Program-made: the position numbers and the translations under genes
The notes under the pieces: model-generated
Database searches by the model: none
The model's input: only the letters and a program-made list of their open reading frames with translations
What the model was told of the DNA's origin: nothing
Shown: piece by piece, positions 12,928 to 25,400 of the stretch
Layout: the number at the start of each line of letters is the position of its first letter
Numbering within the stretch: the stretch's first letter is position 1
NCBI RefSeq assembly: GCF_963921235.1
Contig: NC_086118.1
Span: 20,524,001-20,588,000 of the forward strand
Origin: Mobula hypostoma
Lineage: Eukaryota
Reading direction: 5' to 3'
Length of the DNA: 64,000 nucleotides

Positions 12928-15785
12928 AATGCCCCTCTCCTCAAATAGCAACAGAAAATGAATGTCAAACCTTCCTCGCCTCGCCCGTTTCTGCCTAAGC
13001 CCGGTGAGCCGAAGCCCTTTAAGTCTTCACTCTGCTCCCGGCTCACTCCGCTGCCCGCAAACTACGCTGCCCGCTCTCTGAGGCTCTGTTCCTTTTAAAT
13101 CTGCCGCGCTGCACTGCCCGACGTCACACGCCTGCGCAGTCCCGCCTCTCAGAAAGTATTCACCCTCCCTTGACAGTTTTCATGTTTTATTGTTTTACAA
13201 CATTGAAACACAGTGGGTTTAACTTGGCTTTTTTTGACACTGATCAACAGAAACTCTTTTGTGTCAAAGCGAAAACATATCACTACAAAGTGATCTAAAT
13301 TAATTACAAATATACAGCGCAAAATAATTGTTTGCATAAGTACTCACCCCCTTTTTGTGACACACCAAAACATCACTGGTTCAGCCAGTTCATTTTAGAA
13401 GTAACACAATTAGTTAAATGGGGATCACTGTGTGCAGTCAAAGTGTTTGAATTGACTGTAGTAAAAATACACCTGTATCTGGAAGGTCCAACTGTTGGTG
13501 AGTCAGTATCCTGGCAAAAAACTACACCCTGAAGATAAAAGAACACTCCAAGCAACTCCGCGAAAAGCTTGTTGAAAAGCACAAGGGGGAGATGGATACA
13601 ATAAAATTTCTAAGTCATTGAACATCCCTTAGAGTACAGTTAAGTCAATCATCAAATGGAAAGAATATGGCACAGCTGTAAATCTGCCTACAGCAGGCCG
13701 TCCTCAAAAAATAACTCTGCAAGAAGGGACTAGTGAGAGAGGCCACCAAAAGACCCATGACAATTCCAGCAGAATTGCAAGCTTCAGTGGTTGAGATGGG
13801 AGAGACTGCACATATAGCAACTGTTGCCCAGGTGCTTCACCAGTCACGGCTTTATGGGAGACTGACAAAGAGAAAGCTACTGTTGAAAAAAAACCCTCAT
13901 GAAATCTCAGCTGGAGTTTGCCAGAAGGCACGTGGGAGACTCTGAAGTCAGCTGGAAGAAGGTTCTATATTCTGATGAAACCAAAATTGAGCTCTTTGGT
14001 CATCAGACTAAATGCTATGTTTGGCTTAGGTCAAACACGACACATAATCAAACACACACCTTCCAAACTGAAGCATGGTGGTGGCTACATTATGCTGTGG
14101 GGATGCTTCACTGCAGCAGGCCCTGGAAGGCTTGTGAAGGTAGATGGTAAAATGAATGCAGCAAAATACAGGGAAATCCTGGAGGGAAACCTGATGCAGT
14201 CTGCAAGAGAACTGCGACTTGGGAGAAGATTTGTTTTCCAGCAAGACAATGACCCCAAGCATAAAGCCAAAGCTACACAGGAATGGCTTAAAAACAACAA
14301 TGTTAATGACCTGGAGTGGTCAAGTCAGAATCCAGACCTCAATCCAACTGAGAATGTGTGGCTGGACTTGAAAAAGGCTGTTCATTCATGATCCCCATGC
14401 AAACTGACAGGGCTCAAGTAGTTTTGTAAAAAAGAATGGGGAAAAATTGCAGTGTCCAGATGTGCAAAGCTGGTAAAGACCTATCCACATGGATTCAGGG
14501 CTGTAATTAAAATTGTTGCCAAAAGTGCATATAATAAATACTGATTTGAAGGAAGTGAATACTTATGCAATCAATTATTTTGTGTTTTATATTTGTAATT
14601 AATTTAGATCACTTTGTGATTGATCTGTTTTCACTTTGCCACAAAAATGTCTTTTTCTGTTTATCAGTGTCAAAAAAAAGGCGAATTAAATCCACTGATT
14701 TTATGTCATAAAACATGAAAACTTCCCAAGGGGTGAATACCTTCTATAAGCACTATATATCCACATTTCTCAAGTTATTTAAACGTCAATTCTTAAACTT
14801 GTATTATGTAGATGATTACTTATGTTCTAGAATGCTTAAGAGATTGAACTTTACTAGTGAAATCAAACATGCTTTTTTCCTCTATTATGTTGCTCTTCCC
14901 TTTTTACAGTCGTAAAGCAATTAGGTGTCTCATTATGCCCCTTTTGTTATGACACAGCTGCCACAAAAATAATTTCCCCCTTTAACAGGTCAACAATTAT
15001 TTTTTGTCAAATATCTAACACCATTACATTTACTGTTCTGTCACCTTATCAGTTGAGCACTTACAGTATTTACTTCTCACTGATAATCCAAGATGAATGT
15101 TTAGTTTTCTCTTTTGATCATAAAAGAGAGCATTCACTTGAAAGCTTGCGACATGCTTCTCAACCTTCATCTTTCACTTAAAGAAAAAGGCAGGAACAGA
15201 CTACATGGCCTGTTGATCCTGTCATTCAACACAGCTAATCGTCAAGCTCACGTACTTACCTACCTGAACTAGTTTCATTATGGGCATCATCCGCAGCTTG
15301 CTGTTAACAGAGAATGCTAGGAGTTAATTTCCCCTGACCTGTTCCAAATTAACAGCCTCCTTGTTCTGACACCATTTCTTTGAAGGCCAAACAACTGCCC
15401 ATTCAATGGCAGAAGGTGGAAATGTTTATATTAAGTCATGACCCAAACCGCAAGTTCAGATGAGAACATTGGCACCAGAAAGTTACCGCAATTTTCACTA
15501 ACGTTTGAAAGGAGTTCAGCATAAACCAAAATGCAGTTATAGTGCTAGATTTAAGTGCAGTCAAATAGAAAATAAATTCCTTATGTTTCAATTAAATATC
15601 TGCAAATGAACTATTTGATACATTTGTGTTTCAGCAAAACTATGGTAAATACATACACGTCAACTGTTAAAGTAGCTGCACCAAGGAAATAATTTTGAAT
15701 AATGGTGCTTATTTAACTGGCGAAGCAAAACAATATTCAACAAAAAGGAAACAAATTTCTTCTGCATTAATCTGTCTACACTGAC

Positions 15786-15976
15786 CTTTTCTGAAGCTGT
15801 GGCAATGCGTGTCCCCTGAAGATTTAAAGCAATGCAGCTCAAAGCTCCTTCATGTGCTGGTATGTCAACTGGAGGCTTTTCAGTACTAGCTAAATCCACA
15901 ATTTGCACATGCCCAGTATGGGTTCCTGGAAATGCTAGAAGAGAATTGTTGCTATTTGGACAAAGGACACATAACC
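15786..15976 (-). CDS. WDR45B: WDR45B coding exon 6 (191 nt)
   Basis: [64 protein letters not shown]; tttcAG acceptor, GTCAGT donor. Confidence 0.97.
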
Positions 15977-16094
15977 CTGAAAGAAAAGAAATGACACACC
16001 AATATAGAAGTTAATAAGGCTTTGAGATCAGGGTTTTTTTTTAAAAAGCAAACCTTGTTTCATCTGAACCAAAGTTAAGTCTGACATCAAGAAG

Positions 16095-16390
16095 GCTCCA
16101 CAATAGTGTAGCAGTTAGCACAAAGCTATTACAGTTAGGGGTGTTCTGGAATTCAATCCCGGTTCTGCTCTGTAAGGAGCCTTTGTACATCCTCCCTGTG
16201 AAATATGTGGATTTTACCCCAGGTGCTCCAGTTTCTTCCCACAGTCCAAAAGATGCACTGGGTAGGTTAACTGGTCATTGCAAATTGTCCTGTGATTAGG
16301 CTGGGGTTAATTGAGGTTGTGGGATTGCTGGGCGGCATGGCTCAAAGCGCTGGAAAGGCCGATTTCACATTGCATCACTAAATAAATAAC
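16095..16390 (+). mobile_element. tRNA-derived SINE (V-SINE/HE1-like)
   Basis: A/B-box-like head followed by GGTGCTCCAGTTTCTTCCCACAGTCCAAAAGA core and AATAAAT tail; similar copies at about 32845-33090 (+) and about 30930-31145 (-). Confidence 0.65.
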
Positions 16391-17342
16391 ATTTTGTCCT
16401 TATTGTGTGATCAAAGAACCACTTGCACATCAAGATTCAAGTTTTGGCATAAGGTTATAGCATCCTGTGCAACCGCAGATTTCAAGTTCGACTGCTCGTC
16501 ATTAATGACAGCTCAGGACAAAACAAATAAGCATCAGCAGGTCACCCTGCATCTGTGGAAAGGAGAACAATTAAAGTTTCAAGTTGAAGATTCATCAAAA
16601 CAAGGCAAGGTCTGAGAAGTCCTTGAAACTTTGAAAAGTATTCAACTCTGTTTCTCTGTCCCTGAATTGGAATGATTACATTTTGTTTAAGATTATTAGG
16701 ATTTGTAGGTTTTTTTTAAATTTTCCATTCACTCAGCATTTCCGATTCAATGCTCCATCTGGCAGTGGTCACGAAAGACATGGATTTAAGACGAGTAGCA
16801 AAATGTTTCATAGGAATCTGAGGAAGAATTTTTCCACTGATAAGGTGACTTAAATCTGACATGCACTGCCCGAGAGGTGTTGAAAGCATCTAGACAAAGA
16901 TTTGAATCACCGAGGCATAGTAGGTTATGGACCAAGTGTCAGAAAAAGAATTAATAGAGATTTGCACAGTGGGCAAAAGAGCCCTGATTCTGTGTTTTTT
17001 TTTCTGTGACACACTGGCCTCAGCAAAGGACATCTTAAGCAAGCCATCTTCTTTAAGTTAATTATCTACCACATTCACAGATGAATATGCCAAAGCAAGT
17101 TGTTGACTGAAGGATCACCTCATTGCCTTTACCTTCTTGGCATGCCTGTAATCCTGTGTTGTTAGGCCACCAGACCAATCTTCATTTTTATTAAGTAGTG
17201 CTTGAGTCAGTAATACACCACAAAAACAGGTCTCAACCCAGCTTATTCATGACAACCATGATACCCATCAAGCTAGTTTGATTTGTTCCATTTCCCCCTA
17301 TGTATACACCAGGATTGTCCTCCTTTCATGGTTATGCTGGAA

Positions 17343-19156
17343 CAGGGGTCCCCAACCTTTTTTGCACCGCAGACCGGTTTAATATTGACAATATTCTTGC
17401 GGATCGGCCGACCTGGGAGAGAGGGGTGGTGTTAATCACAACCGGAATATAGGTGATAAGCTAATACACTCAATTTCATTTCTAAAAGGGTTTATCCAAC
17501 GAATTTAACATTAAACACAGCGCATATTTTCCTCGCATGAATAGTGATAAGTCAATTATAAGTCATAAAGGGGTTCCTTATGTCCAGTCTATTCCACAAT
17601 TTAGTTTCCGTTGCATTCATTGCAGAAAATCCCGCTTCACAGAGATATGATGTTAGAAATGGAAGCAACGTTTTCAGTGCTTTCATGGTTATCTCAGGAT
17701 ATTCAGCCTTGACTTTGATCCAGAATGCTGGCAGAGATGTTATGTCAAACATACTTTTCAGCCCACCGTCATTTGCAAGCTCGAGGAGTTGATCTTCTTC
17801 CAGCGCTGACATGGATGATTCACCAGGGACATTCACAAATGGGTCACGGACCCACTGCTTTGCACATCTTGGGTCATTTGCGGTTGGGAAATAACGCTAT
17901 TCTGTCGACAGCGAAGATAAGTGTTCGTAAACCAGCTGTGAGCCTCAGTCCCTCCCAAATTCCCAGCTAATGTTGGGAACATGTCAAATATGCCCCTGTC
18001 CACTCGCCGTCCCCACAGTTCCAGTTTGGCTGTGAAAGCAGACACTTTATCTACCAAGTTGAAGACAGTTGTCATTCTCCCCTGAAGTGACAAATTCAGT
18101 TCATTGAGCAGGTTGAAGATGTCACACAGATAAGCGAGTTTTGCTATCCACTCCTCGTCACTGAAGTGTGCCGCCAGTGGTGACTTTTTTCTTGAAAGAA
18201 ATCCCTGCAACTGCTCTCTTAACTCAAAAACCCTGGCCAGGTCACTCCCCCTTGATAGCCACCTGACTTCAGTGTGTAAGAGAAGGCGTTTGTGGTCTGC
18301 ATCCACTTCCTCGCAAAGCTGCTCAAACAGACGAAAGTTAAGGGCTTTTGCTTTGATGTGAATGATAACTTCAACAACGTCACTCAATATGCTGTTAAGA
18401 TCAGGTGACATTTTTTGGCTAGCCAGCATTTCCCTGTGTGTGACATTCAGGAGCAACCTCTGACTCGGGGAGTGAAACCAGACTCGTTAATCCGTTCCAA
18501 CAGCTGTGCTTCGATGTCCTCCACTATGTCGATAACTGTGGTAGCTGAAAGAGAAACCTGTGCCATCTTGTTAGCTGCAGCTTCTCCCAAAAGTACGCGC
18601 TCTCAGAGCAGCATTTGTGGAGATGGTGGCTCTCAGCACTTGCTTCTGTTCCCCTTGCTCACGTTTTTTCTGCTCAAAAAACTCAACGGGTTTGCCTTGA
18701 AGTGCAGGGTGCTTGGACTCAAAGTTCCGAAGCAGTTTTGAGGGCCTCATTAGACAGCTTGTCTCCACATATCACACACAGTGGGCTTGGAGCGTGCAAG
18801 TCACCAGTCGCAATAAAGCCATATTTTATGTACAATTCGTCGTATTTTCTATTGAAGGATGCTTTCTTTTTTTTTGCAGTCTCGGCCTCAGCTGTCTCTG
18901 CGTTATCATCATCGTTAGGCCTTTTATGTCCCCTACCATCTCTTCCAAAGAAATTCTCAAGTGACGTTTGTGTTTTCACTCATCGAGTAGTTGCAGGTTA
19001 ATGACCGACTGATGACCTCGTGTGCATTCAAGTTCAACAGTGGGCATGACAGGGAATGAGGAAAGGTGCAGTTGACTCATATCATTTCCTCACAGCCCAG
19101 TAGCACATGCTTTGCGGCCCGGTACCAGTTCGCAGCCCGGTGGTTGGGGGCCGCTG
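17343..19156 (-). mobile_element. Internally deleted hAT (Charlie/Buster-type) transposon
   Basis: TIRs CAGGGGTCCCCAACC / CAGCGGCCCCCAACC; 8-bp TSD TGCTGGAA / TGCTAGAA; transposase fragments YIKYGF..PLCVIC, HTEVRWLSRG, LAYLCDIF, SYLCEAGFS. Confidence 0.93.
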
Positions 19157-19888
19157 TGCTAGAATTAGCAAAATGCCAAGGCTGTACATTACAATTGATG
19201 GTGAATACAAATCTGTTGTTGCTGATGGTCCATGATATCCTGCCATGGAATCAAAGACTACCTGTCATTGTGGATACAAAGGGACACTTTAATGAGCTAA
19301 TCCTGCAAAGTCCTCTTCATGAGCAACCACCACTTACCAAAAATGGTGGTGGGGGGGTGGGGGAGCTGTTCTTTTAAGCCATGGTCAACAAAACACTAAG
19401 TTTTCCCAGTCAGCATATATATTGTGCTTTGATGTCCTTAATGCTGCAGTTAAGTGCTGTTTCAATGCAGGGAGTATTAATTTATTGGTCAGAGGTGGTC
19501 TGTAACTTGAGAAGGACAATGTTTCTTCATAACTCAACTTAGTCCAGTCCTGATGAAGGGTCTCAGCCCAAAACGTCGACTTTATTCCCATTCATAGATG
19601 CTGCCTGACCTGCCGAGCTCCTCCAGCTCATTGTGTGTATTGCTCCAATTTCCAGCATCTGCAGTACCTATTGTGTCTATCATAACTCAACAATGGTGTT
19701 AATGGAATATGAAGGGCAGAACACAATTGCAGATGTAATCTCATCAAGGCTTTAAACATTTTCCAAATTACACCAATTGCAGACAAGATGTTTTATGGGT
19801 GCAAAAATGAATACAGAATTGAAGGTTTGCTGACAGAATCTAGTGAAGGTCTGATACTGGCCATGTACTCTGAAAAATACCAACTTAC

Positions 19889-19983
19889 CTTTTGGATTGT
19901 AGCAAGTTTCAAAGACGTGTAGTTGATGAGGATTGTGAGTGAATGTGAAGACCTTAATCATGGAATCCAAAACTACTACAATC
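19889..19983 (-). CDS. WDR45B: WDR45B coding exon 5 (95 nt)
   Basis: [31 protein letters not shown]; polypyrimidine tract plus cAG, GTAAGT donor. Confidence 0.97.
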
Positions 19984-20559
19984 CTGTAAGAAAAAAAAAC
20001 AAGTTATGGTGGGAGTAAGGTGAGGGGTGTAATAAAATTCAAGTCCAAGCCTTTCTGAAAGCTCAGGTGGACGATGTCCATCAGATTGGTCTCATCATTC
20101 CAAAGTTTATACAAACATGCAAGGTACAACTCTTTCTGAAAGATGTTAAGAACCTTCGAAGGCCCTTTTGCTATGTTTATTTTGACCTTTATGGGCTGCT
20201 GTCAAACTTCTCTGTGTGTTACATACTGAACATAATGTGAGAGGGCATTCTGGGTAGATGACTTACAAGTACCATAACCAGCTTCACATTTGTTCTTCAC
20301 CTCTCTGTCTCTCGTGTGTGCTATTCACGGCCACCTGGCTTCCCGGTACTACAAACATAACAACTGGCGACGAGGTGACAAGCCCTCATGTGACATTTAT
20401 TGTTTTGTTCCCTTTGGTAAGGAAAGCCCGTGTGAAACACTGGCAGTGTACCACTGTGTGATGTGGGTCAGCAAAAAAAAAACAGATGTAGGAAGTGTGG
20501 TGAGTGAAGAATCCCAGGGGAGAGAACAAAAAAATGGGGCAAGGGGGGCAAAATAGCAA

Positions 20560-21875
20560 GGGTAAAAAGACCCTGATGGGAGTTGTATACAGTAGTAAGG
20601 ATGTCTCCTACAAATTACAACAGGAGATAGAAAATGGAGCCAGAAGAACAATGTTACAATAGTCATGGGGGACTTCAATATGCAGGTAGATTGAGAAAAT
20701 CAGGTTGTGCTGGTTTCCAGGAAGGGGAGTTTCTAGTTTCTAGAGTGCCTATGAGATGGCTTTTTAGTGCAGCTTGTGGTTGAGCCCACTAGGGGGAAAT
20801 CAGCTATTCGGGACTGGGCGTTGTGCAATGAACCAGAATTGATTAGAGAGCTTAAAGTAAAAGAACCCTTAGAGCCAAGTGATCAGAATATGATGAAATT
20901 CACCCTGAAATTTAAGGAGAAGCTAAAGTCAGATGCATTAGCATTACAATGGAGTAAAGGGAAATACAGAGGCCTGAGAGAGGAGATGGTCAGAACATGA
21001 GAAGTGTTTGATAGCAGAGCAACAATGGCTGGAATTTCTGGAAGCAATTCAGAAAGCACTGGATGTATACAATCCCAAAGAGGAAGTAGTATTCTAAAGG
21101 CACAATGACACAACCGTGACTAACAAGAGAAGTCAAAGCCAACATAAAACCCAAAGAGAGGGTAAAAATTAGTGGGAAGTTAGAGAATTGGGCAAGTTTT
21201 TTAAAAAAACAACAAAAGGCAACTAAAAAAAGTAATTATGGTAAAGATGGAATATGAAACTAAGCTAGTCGATAATACCATAGAGGATACTAAAAGTGTC
21301 TTCAGATACACAAAGTGTAAAAGAGAGGCGAGAGTGGATATCTGACCACTGGAAAACAATGCTGGAGAGGTAGTGATGGGGGAACAACAAAATGGTGGAC
21401 AAACTGAGTATTTTGCATCAGTCTCCACTGGGGAAGACTAGCACTAAGGTGAAAGTTCCAAGTGTCAGGGGTCATGAAGTATGTGAAGTTACCATTACTA
21501 GAGAGGTGGTTTTGGGAAACTGAAAGGTCTGAAGGTAGATAAGTCACCCGGACCAGATTCTGAAAGAGGTGGCCGACAGCATTGTGGGCTGAGGGGCCTG
21601 TATTGTGCTGTAGGTTTTCTCTGCTTCTATGTTTCTAAGAATCACGAGATTCTGGAATGGTTCCGGAAGACTTAAGACAGGTTAGTAGAATCGGCAAAGA
21701 CAAAAAACTGAGGCACAAAGGGACTTGGGAGTACTTGTGCAGTATTCCCTAAAGATTAATTTGCAAGTTGAGTCTGTGCTGAGCAAGGTAAATGCAATGT
21801 TAGCATCCATTTCAGGAGAACTAGAATATAAAAGGATATAATGTTTAGAGTTTATAAAGCACTGGTGAGGCCTCA
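20560..21875 (+). mobile_element. Degraded CR1 ORF2 fragment nested in the Gypsy element (resumes at about 22445-22480)
   Basis: VMGDFN, VEPTRG, SDQNM and later ALVRPH motifs resembling the intact CR1. Confidence 0.75.
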
Positions 21876-22444
21876 TTTACTTTATACTTTATTATCGCCA
21901 AACAATTGATACTAGAACGTACAATCATCACAGCGATATTTGATTCTGTGCTTCCCGCTCCCTGGATTACAAATATTAAATATTAAAAATAGTAAAAATA
22001 CTAACAAATTAGTAAATATTAAAAAATTAAGTTATAAATCATAAATAAAAAATAGAAAAATGGAAAGTAAGGTAGTGCAAAATATCCAAGAGGCAGGTCC
22101 GGATATTTGGAGGGTACGGCCCAGATCCGGGTCAGGATCCATTTGGCAGTCTTATCACAGTTGGAAAGAAGCTGTTCCCAAATCTGGCCGTACGAGTCTT
22201 CAAGCTCCTGAGCCTTCTCCTGGAGGGAAGAAGGACGAAAAGTCTGTTGGCTGGGTGGGTCGTGTCCTTGATTATCCTGGCAGCACTGCTCCGACAACGT
22301 GTAGTGTAAAGTGAATCCAAGGACAGAAGATTGGTTTGTGTGATGTGCTGCGCCGTGTTCACGATCTTCTGCAGCTTCTTTCAGTCTTGGACAGGACAAC
22401 TTCCATACCAGGTTGTGATGCACCCTAGAAGAATGCTTTCTACG
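21876..22444 (-). mobile_element. Rex1/Babar-like LINE 3' fragment nested in CR1
   Basis: IIKDTTHPANRLFVLLPSRRRLRSLKTRTARFGNSFFP C-terminus plus 3' UTR and tail. Confidence 0.75.
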
Positions 22445-25400
22445 GTATTGGGAGCAGTTTTAGGCCCCTTATTTTAGAATGCTCAGGTATAGGCAGTTTC
22501 CACTCTGCATCACCTCGGCTCCCACACTTTTTCAGCGAGTAATGGATTAAATCCTGAGCGGGTTGACTTTGTGCAACACTGTTTAGATGACTTGCACATT
22601 ACTGGGGGTGGGGGGGGGGAAATGAGTGTGAGCACCTACAAAACTTGGATGCTACTCCACAAGTACACAAGGAATATGGGCTAAGCATCAGGAAGAACAA
22701 GTGGGAGTTCTTTCCACCTTCAACTGAATATTTGAGCCACATGATGAACCACTCGGGGCTTCACAAGGCACCAAAGACGAAGGCAATCGTGGAGGCTCCA
22801 TCCCCACAGAATGCAAGCCAATTAAGATCTTTCTCAGGACTATGAACATACTATGCAAAGTTTGCTCCTAACCTAGCTAGTATGCTGAAACAACTTCATG
22901 AGCATTTAAACAAATCAAAAAACACTGGCAGTGAACAGACAGCTATAAAAAGGCTTTTTTTAAAAAAGGGCAGAACAGCTTTGTCACAATCTGAAGCACA
23001 CTCATACTTCGACCTGCCATTGCCCATAGAGTTGACCTACGATGCATCACCCTATGGTGTGGGGGCAGTTACCTCACACATCATGCCATCAAGTGGAGAG
23101 AGTCCAATCAGTTTTGCATCAAGGACATTCAGCAAGGCAGAAAGTCACTACGCCCAGATCGAGCAGAAATCACTCAGTAGCTCAATACTTCTATTTAATA
23201 TCAGAGACACGTATACAATATACATCCAAAATTCTTTTTCTTTGCAGACATCCACGAAAACAGAAGAGTGCCCAAAAGAATGAACGACCATTAAAATGTT
23301 AGAACTCCAAAGCCCCCCTAACTCCCCCTCCCAAACACAAGCAGCAAAGCAACAAACCTCCCCCACCACCTTCCACAAAAAAGCATTACCCCCTCCAGCA
23401 ACTAAGCAAGCAATAGCAAAACCCACAATAAAGACCATGATCTGCAGTACAACAAATTCTAATCGTTCCAACAACCAACATGCCACAGGCTCTCTCTCTC
23501 TCTCCCTAATAAAAGGGAAAATTGGTGTCCCCTTTCACAGCGAGAGGGGAGACATAAAACAACTCGCTGATTTACAGTGTTAAGACTCACAATCATCTTT
23601 GGAATTAAGAAATTCCATTAATTCCTCTTTGCTCGACAATTTACACTACTGACAGATTACCAAGCTCAATGGAAGGAGCTCACAGTCCAAGCAGGATGTT
23701 TACTATGGGGCTACCGTGTTGTCATTCCTCCACCATTTAGAAAGCAAGTGCTTGACGAGCTACATGCAGTACACTGTAGCATAGTGCAGAAGAAAAAAAA
23801 TCACACACAGCTACATCTGGTGGCCGGGACTGCATGTAACCATTGAAGAAAAGGTCAAAGCGTGCCCATTGTCAGCAAGTGAGAAATATTCCTCGACTTG
23901 CTCCTTTGCATCCATAGGAATGGCCTGAAGAACCATGACAGATTCTGCAGGACCTATCAAAGTATGTTCACGATCATAGTGAACGCATACAGCAAATGAC
24001 CTGAGATTGCTATCATGAACAACACTACATCTGAAAAATACATTATGAGCTACATTCCATCTTTAGCCATTTTGGGCTTCCTCAACAGCCTGTAAGTGAC
24101 AATGGCCCACAACTCCTGTCTGAAGAGTTCAAGGGATTTATAGAAGCAAACAGGACTTCACCATATCATCCAACCACAAATGGCCCTGCTGAATGATTCA
24201 TACAAAGAAACAAGCCTTAACCAGCGTCTTAGCACCTTCTTGCTGACATACCGCAATACACCTCATGCCACCACCAAAATGGCTCCATCCACTGCCTTAA
24301 TGAAAAGACAGCTATGCACCCGACTTCACACACAAATGCTGGAGGATCTCAGCAGGCCAGGCAGCATCTATGGAACAGAGTAAACAATCAATGTTTCAGG
24401 CCAAGACCCTTTATCAGAATCTGGCTTGACCTGCTTAGACCCCCAAACACAAACCAGATTGTGCGAAATTAACATAAAAGTCAAGCAGAGAGACGTACCA
24501 AAGTCAAGTACAGAAGTTTCACAGCAGGGGAGAGAATACTTGCCCAGAACTACATCTCTGGAACAAAATGGATACCGGCAACGGTGGTGGCATAGACTGG
24601 TTCTATGTCATACGCAGTGAAAAGTAGTAACAACACCTGAAGAAGGCATTTTGATCAGCTGTCACCCACTTCTGAGAAAACCAACACAAACTAACCAATT
24701 CAGAAACAGTTGTGAAATGGGAGTGGATTCTGAGATGACCGCAGAAGCTCCATTAAGATCCAGTGAGACAGCCAGTGCTTCCCCTATCATCTGTGCTTTC
24801 TGTGGTGCCCCTATTGAAATGCAGTACCCAAGCCAAGATCTATACTGTACATACACCAAGAAATAAAATGACTTTGGCACCATCCCCAGATCACAGGAAC
24901 AGGCAGCTTCCAGACTGAATCTCTAGATTAGTGACTGACTCTCAGCACATGGGGCAGAATAATCCCCAGGGTTATGTCTGACAACAGAGGCAGTCTACCC
25001 GCTTTCTCTAGTTTAGAGAAGAAAATGCTTTTAGTTGTTAGTTGAATTTGATGATCGTTGAATGTTAGTAATTCAGCTGCTGGTCTGTGTATGAGGAGAG
25101 AGAGAAAGAAACCTTCATGAGGGGGAAGGGATACGTACATTTTGACCCCAGTTGCTGTCAAGTTTCCCTGTGAGTTACGTACTGAACGTAATGAGAGGGC
25201 ATTCGGGATAGATGATTTACAGCACAATAAACAGCAGCATGCTTGTTCCTCACCTCTCCATCTCTCGTGACTGTTATTCACAGCCACCTTCCTTCCCAGT
25301 ACCAGAAACATAACACTTTTCCTTTCCCAGTATTCACAAAAGCCGCAGAAACATAGAACTTTATATAACAGAAGGGAGTTCAATCTATGCCTTTACCAAA

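Larger units (their letters stand above)
8894..13150 (-). mobile_element. Full-length CR1-clade LINE
   Basis: GC-rich 5' UTR, ORF1, ORF2, short 3' UTR and (TTTCTATG)n tail at about 8894-8911. Confidence 0.95.
8881..14755 (+). mobile_element. Decayed Tc1/mariner transposon (long IR/DR type), left TIR split by a CR1
   Basis: TA flanks at both ends; about 210-bp inverted repeats (8881-8890 plus 13151-13350 versus about 14550-14755); frameshifted transposase with YSDETKIELFG, KHGGG-IMLWGCF, FQQDNDPKH and NPDLNPTEN motifs. Confidence 0.92.
20169..25315 (+). mobile_element. Old Gypsy-type LTR retrotransposon with nested insertions
   Basis: Diverged LTR pair 20169-20362 and about 25132-25315, both ending AAACATAACA; PBS TGGCGACGAGG at 20365-20375; PPT GAGGGGGAAGGGA near 25119-25131; probable CTTT TSD; pol remnants (QLRSF, DASPYGVGAV, YRNTPHATT). 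Confidence 0.82.
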
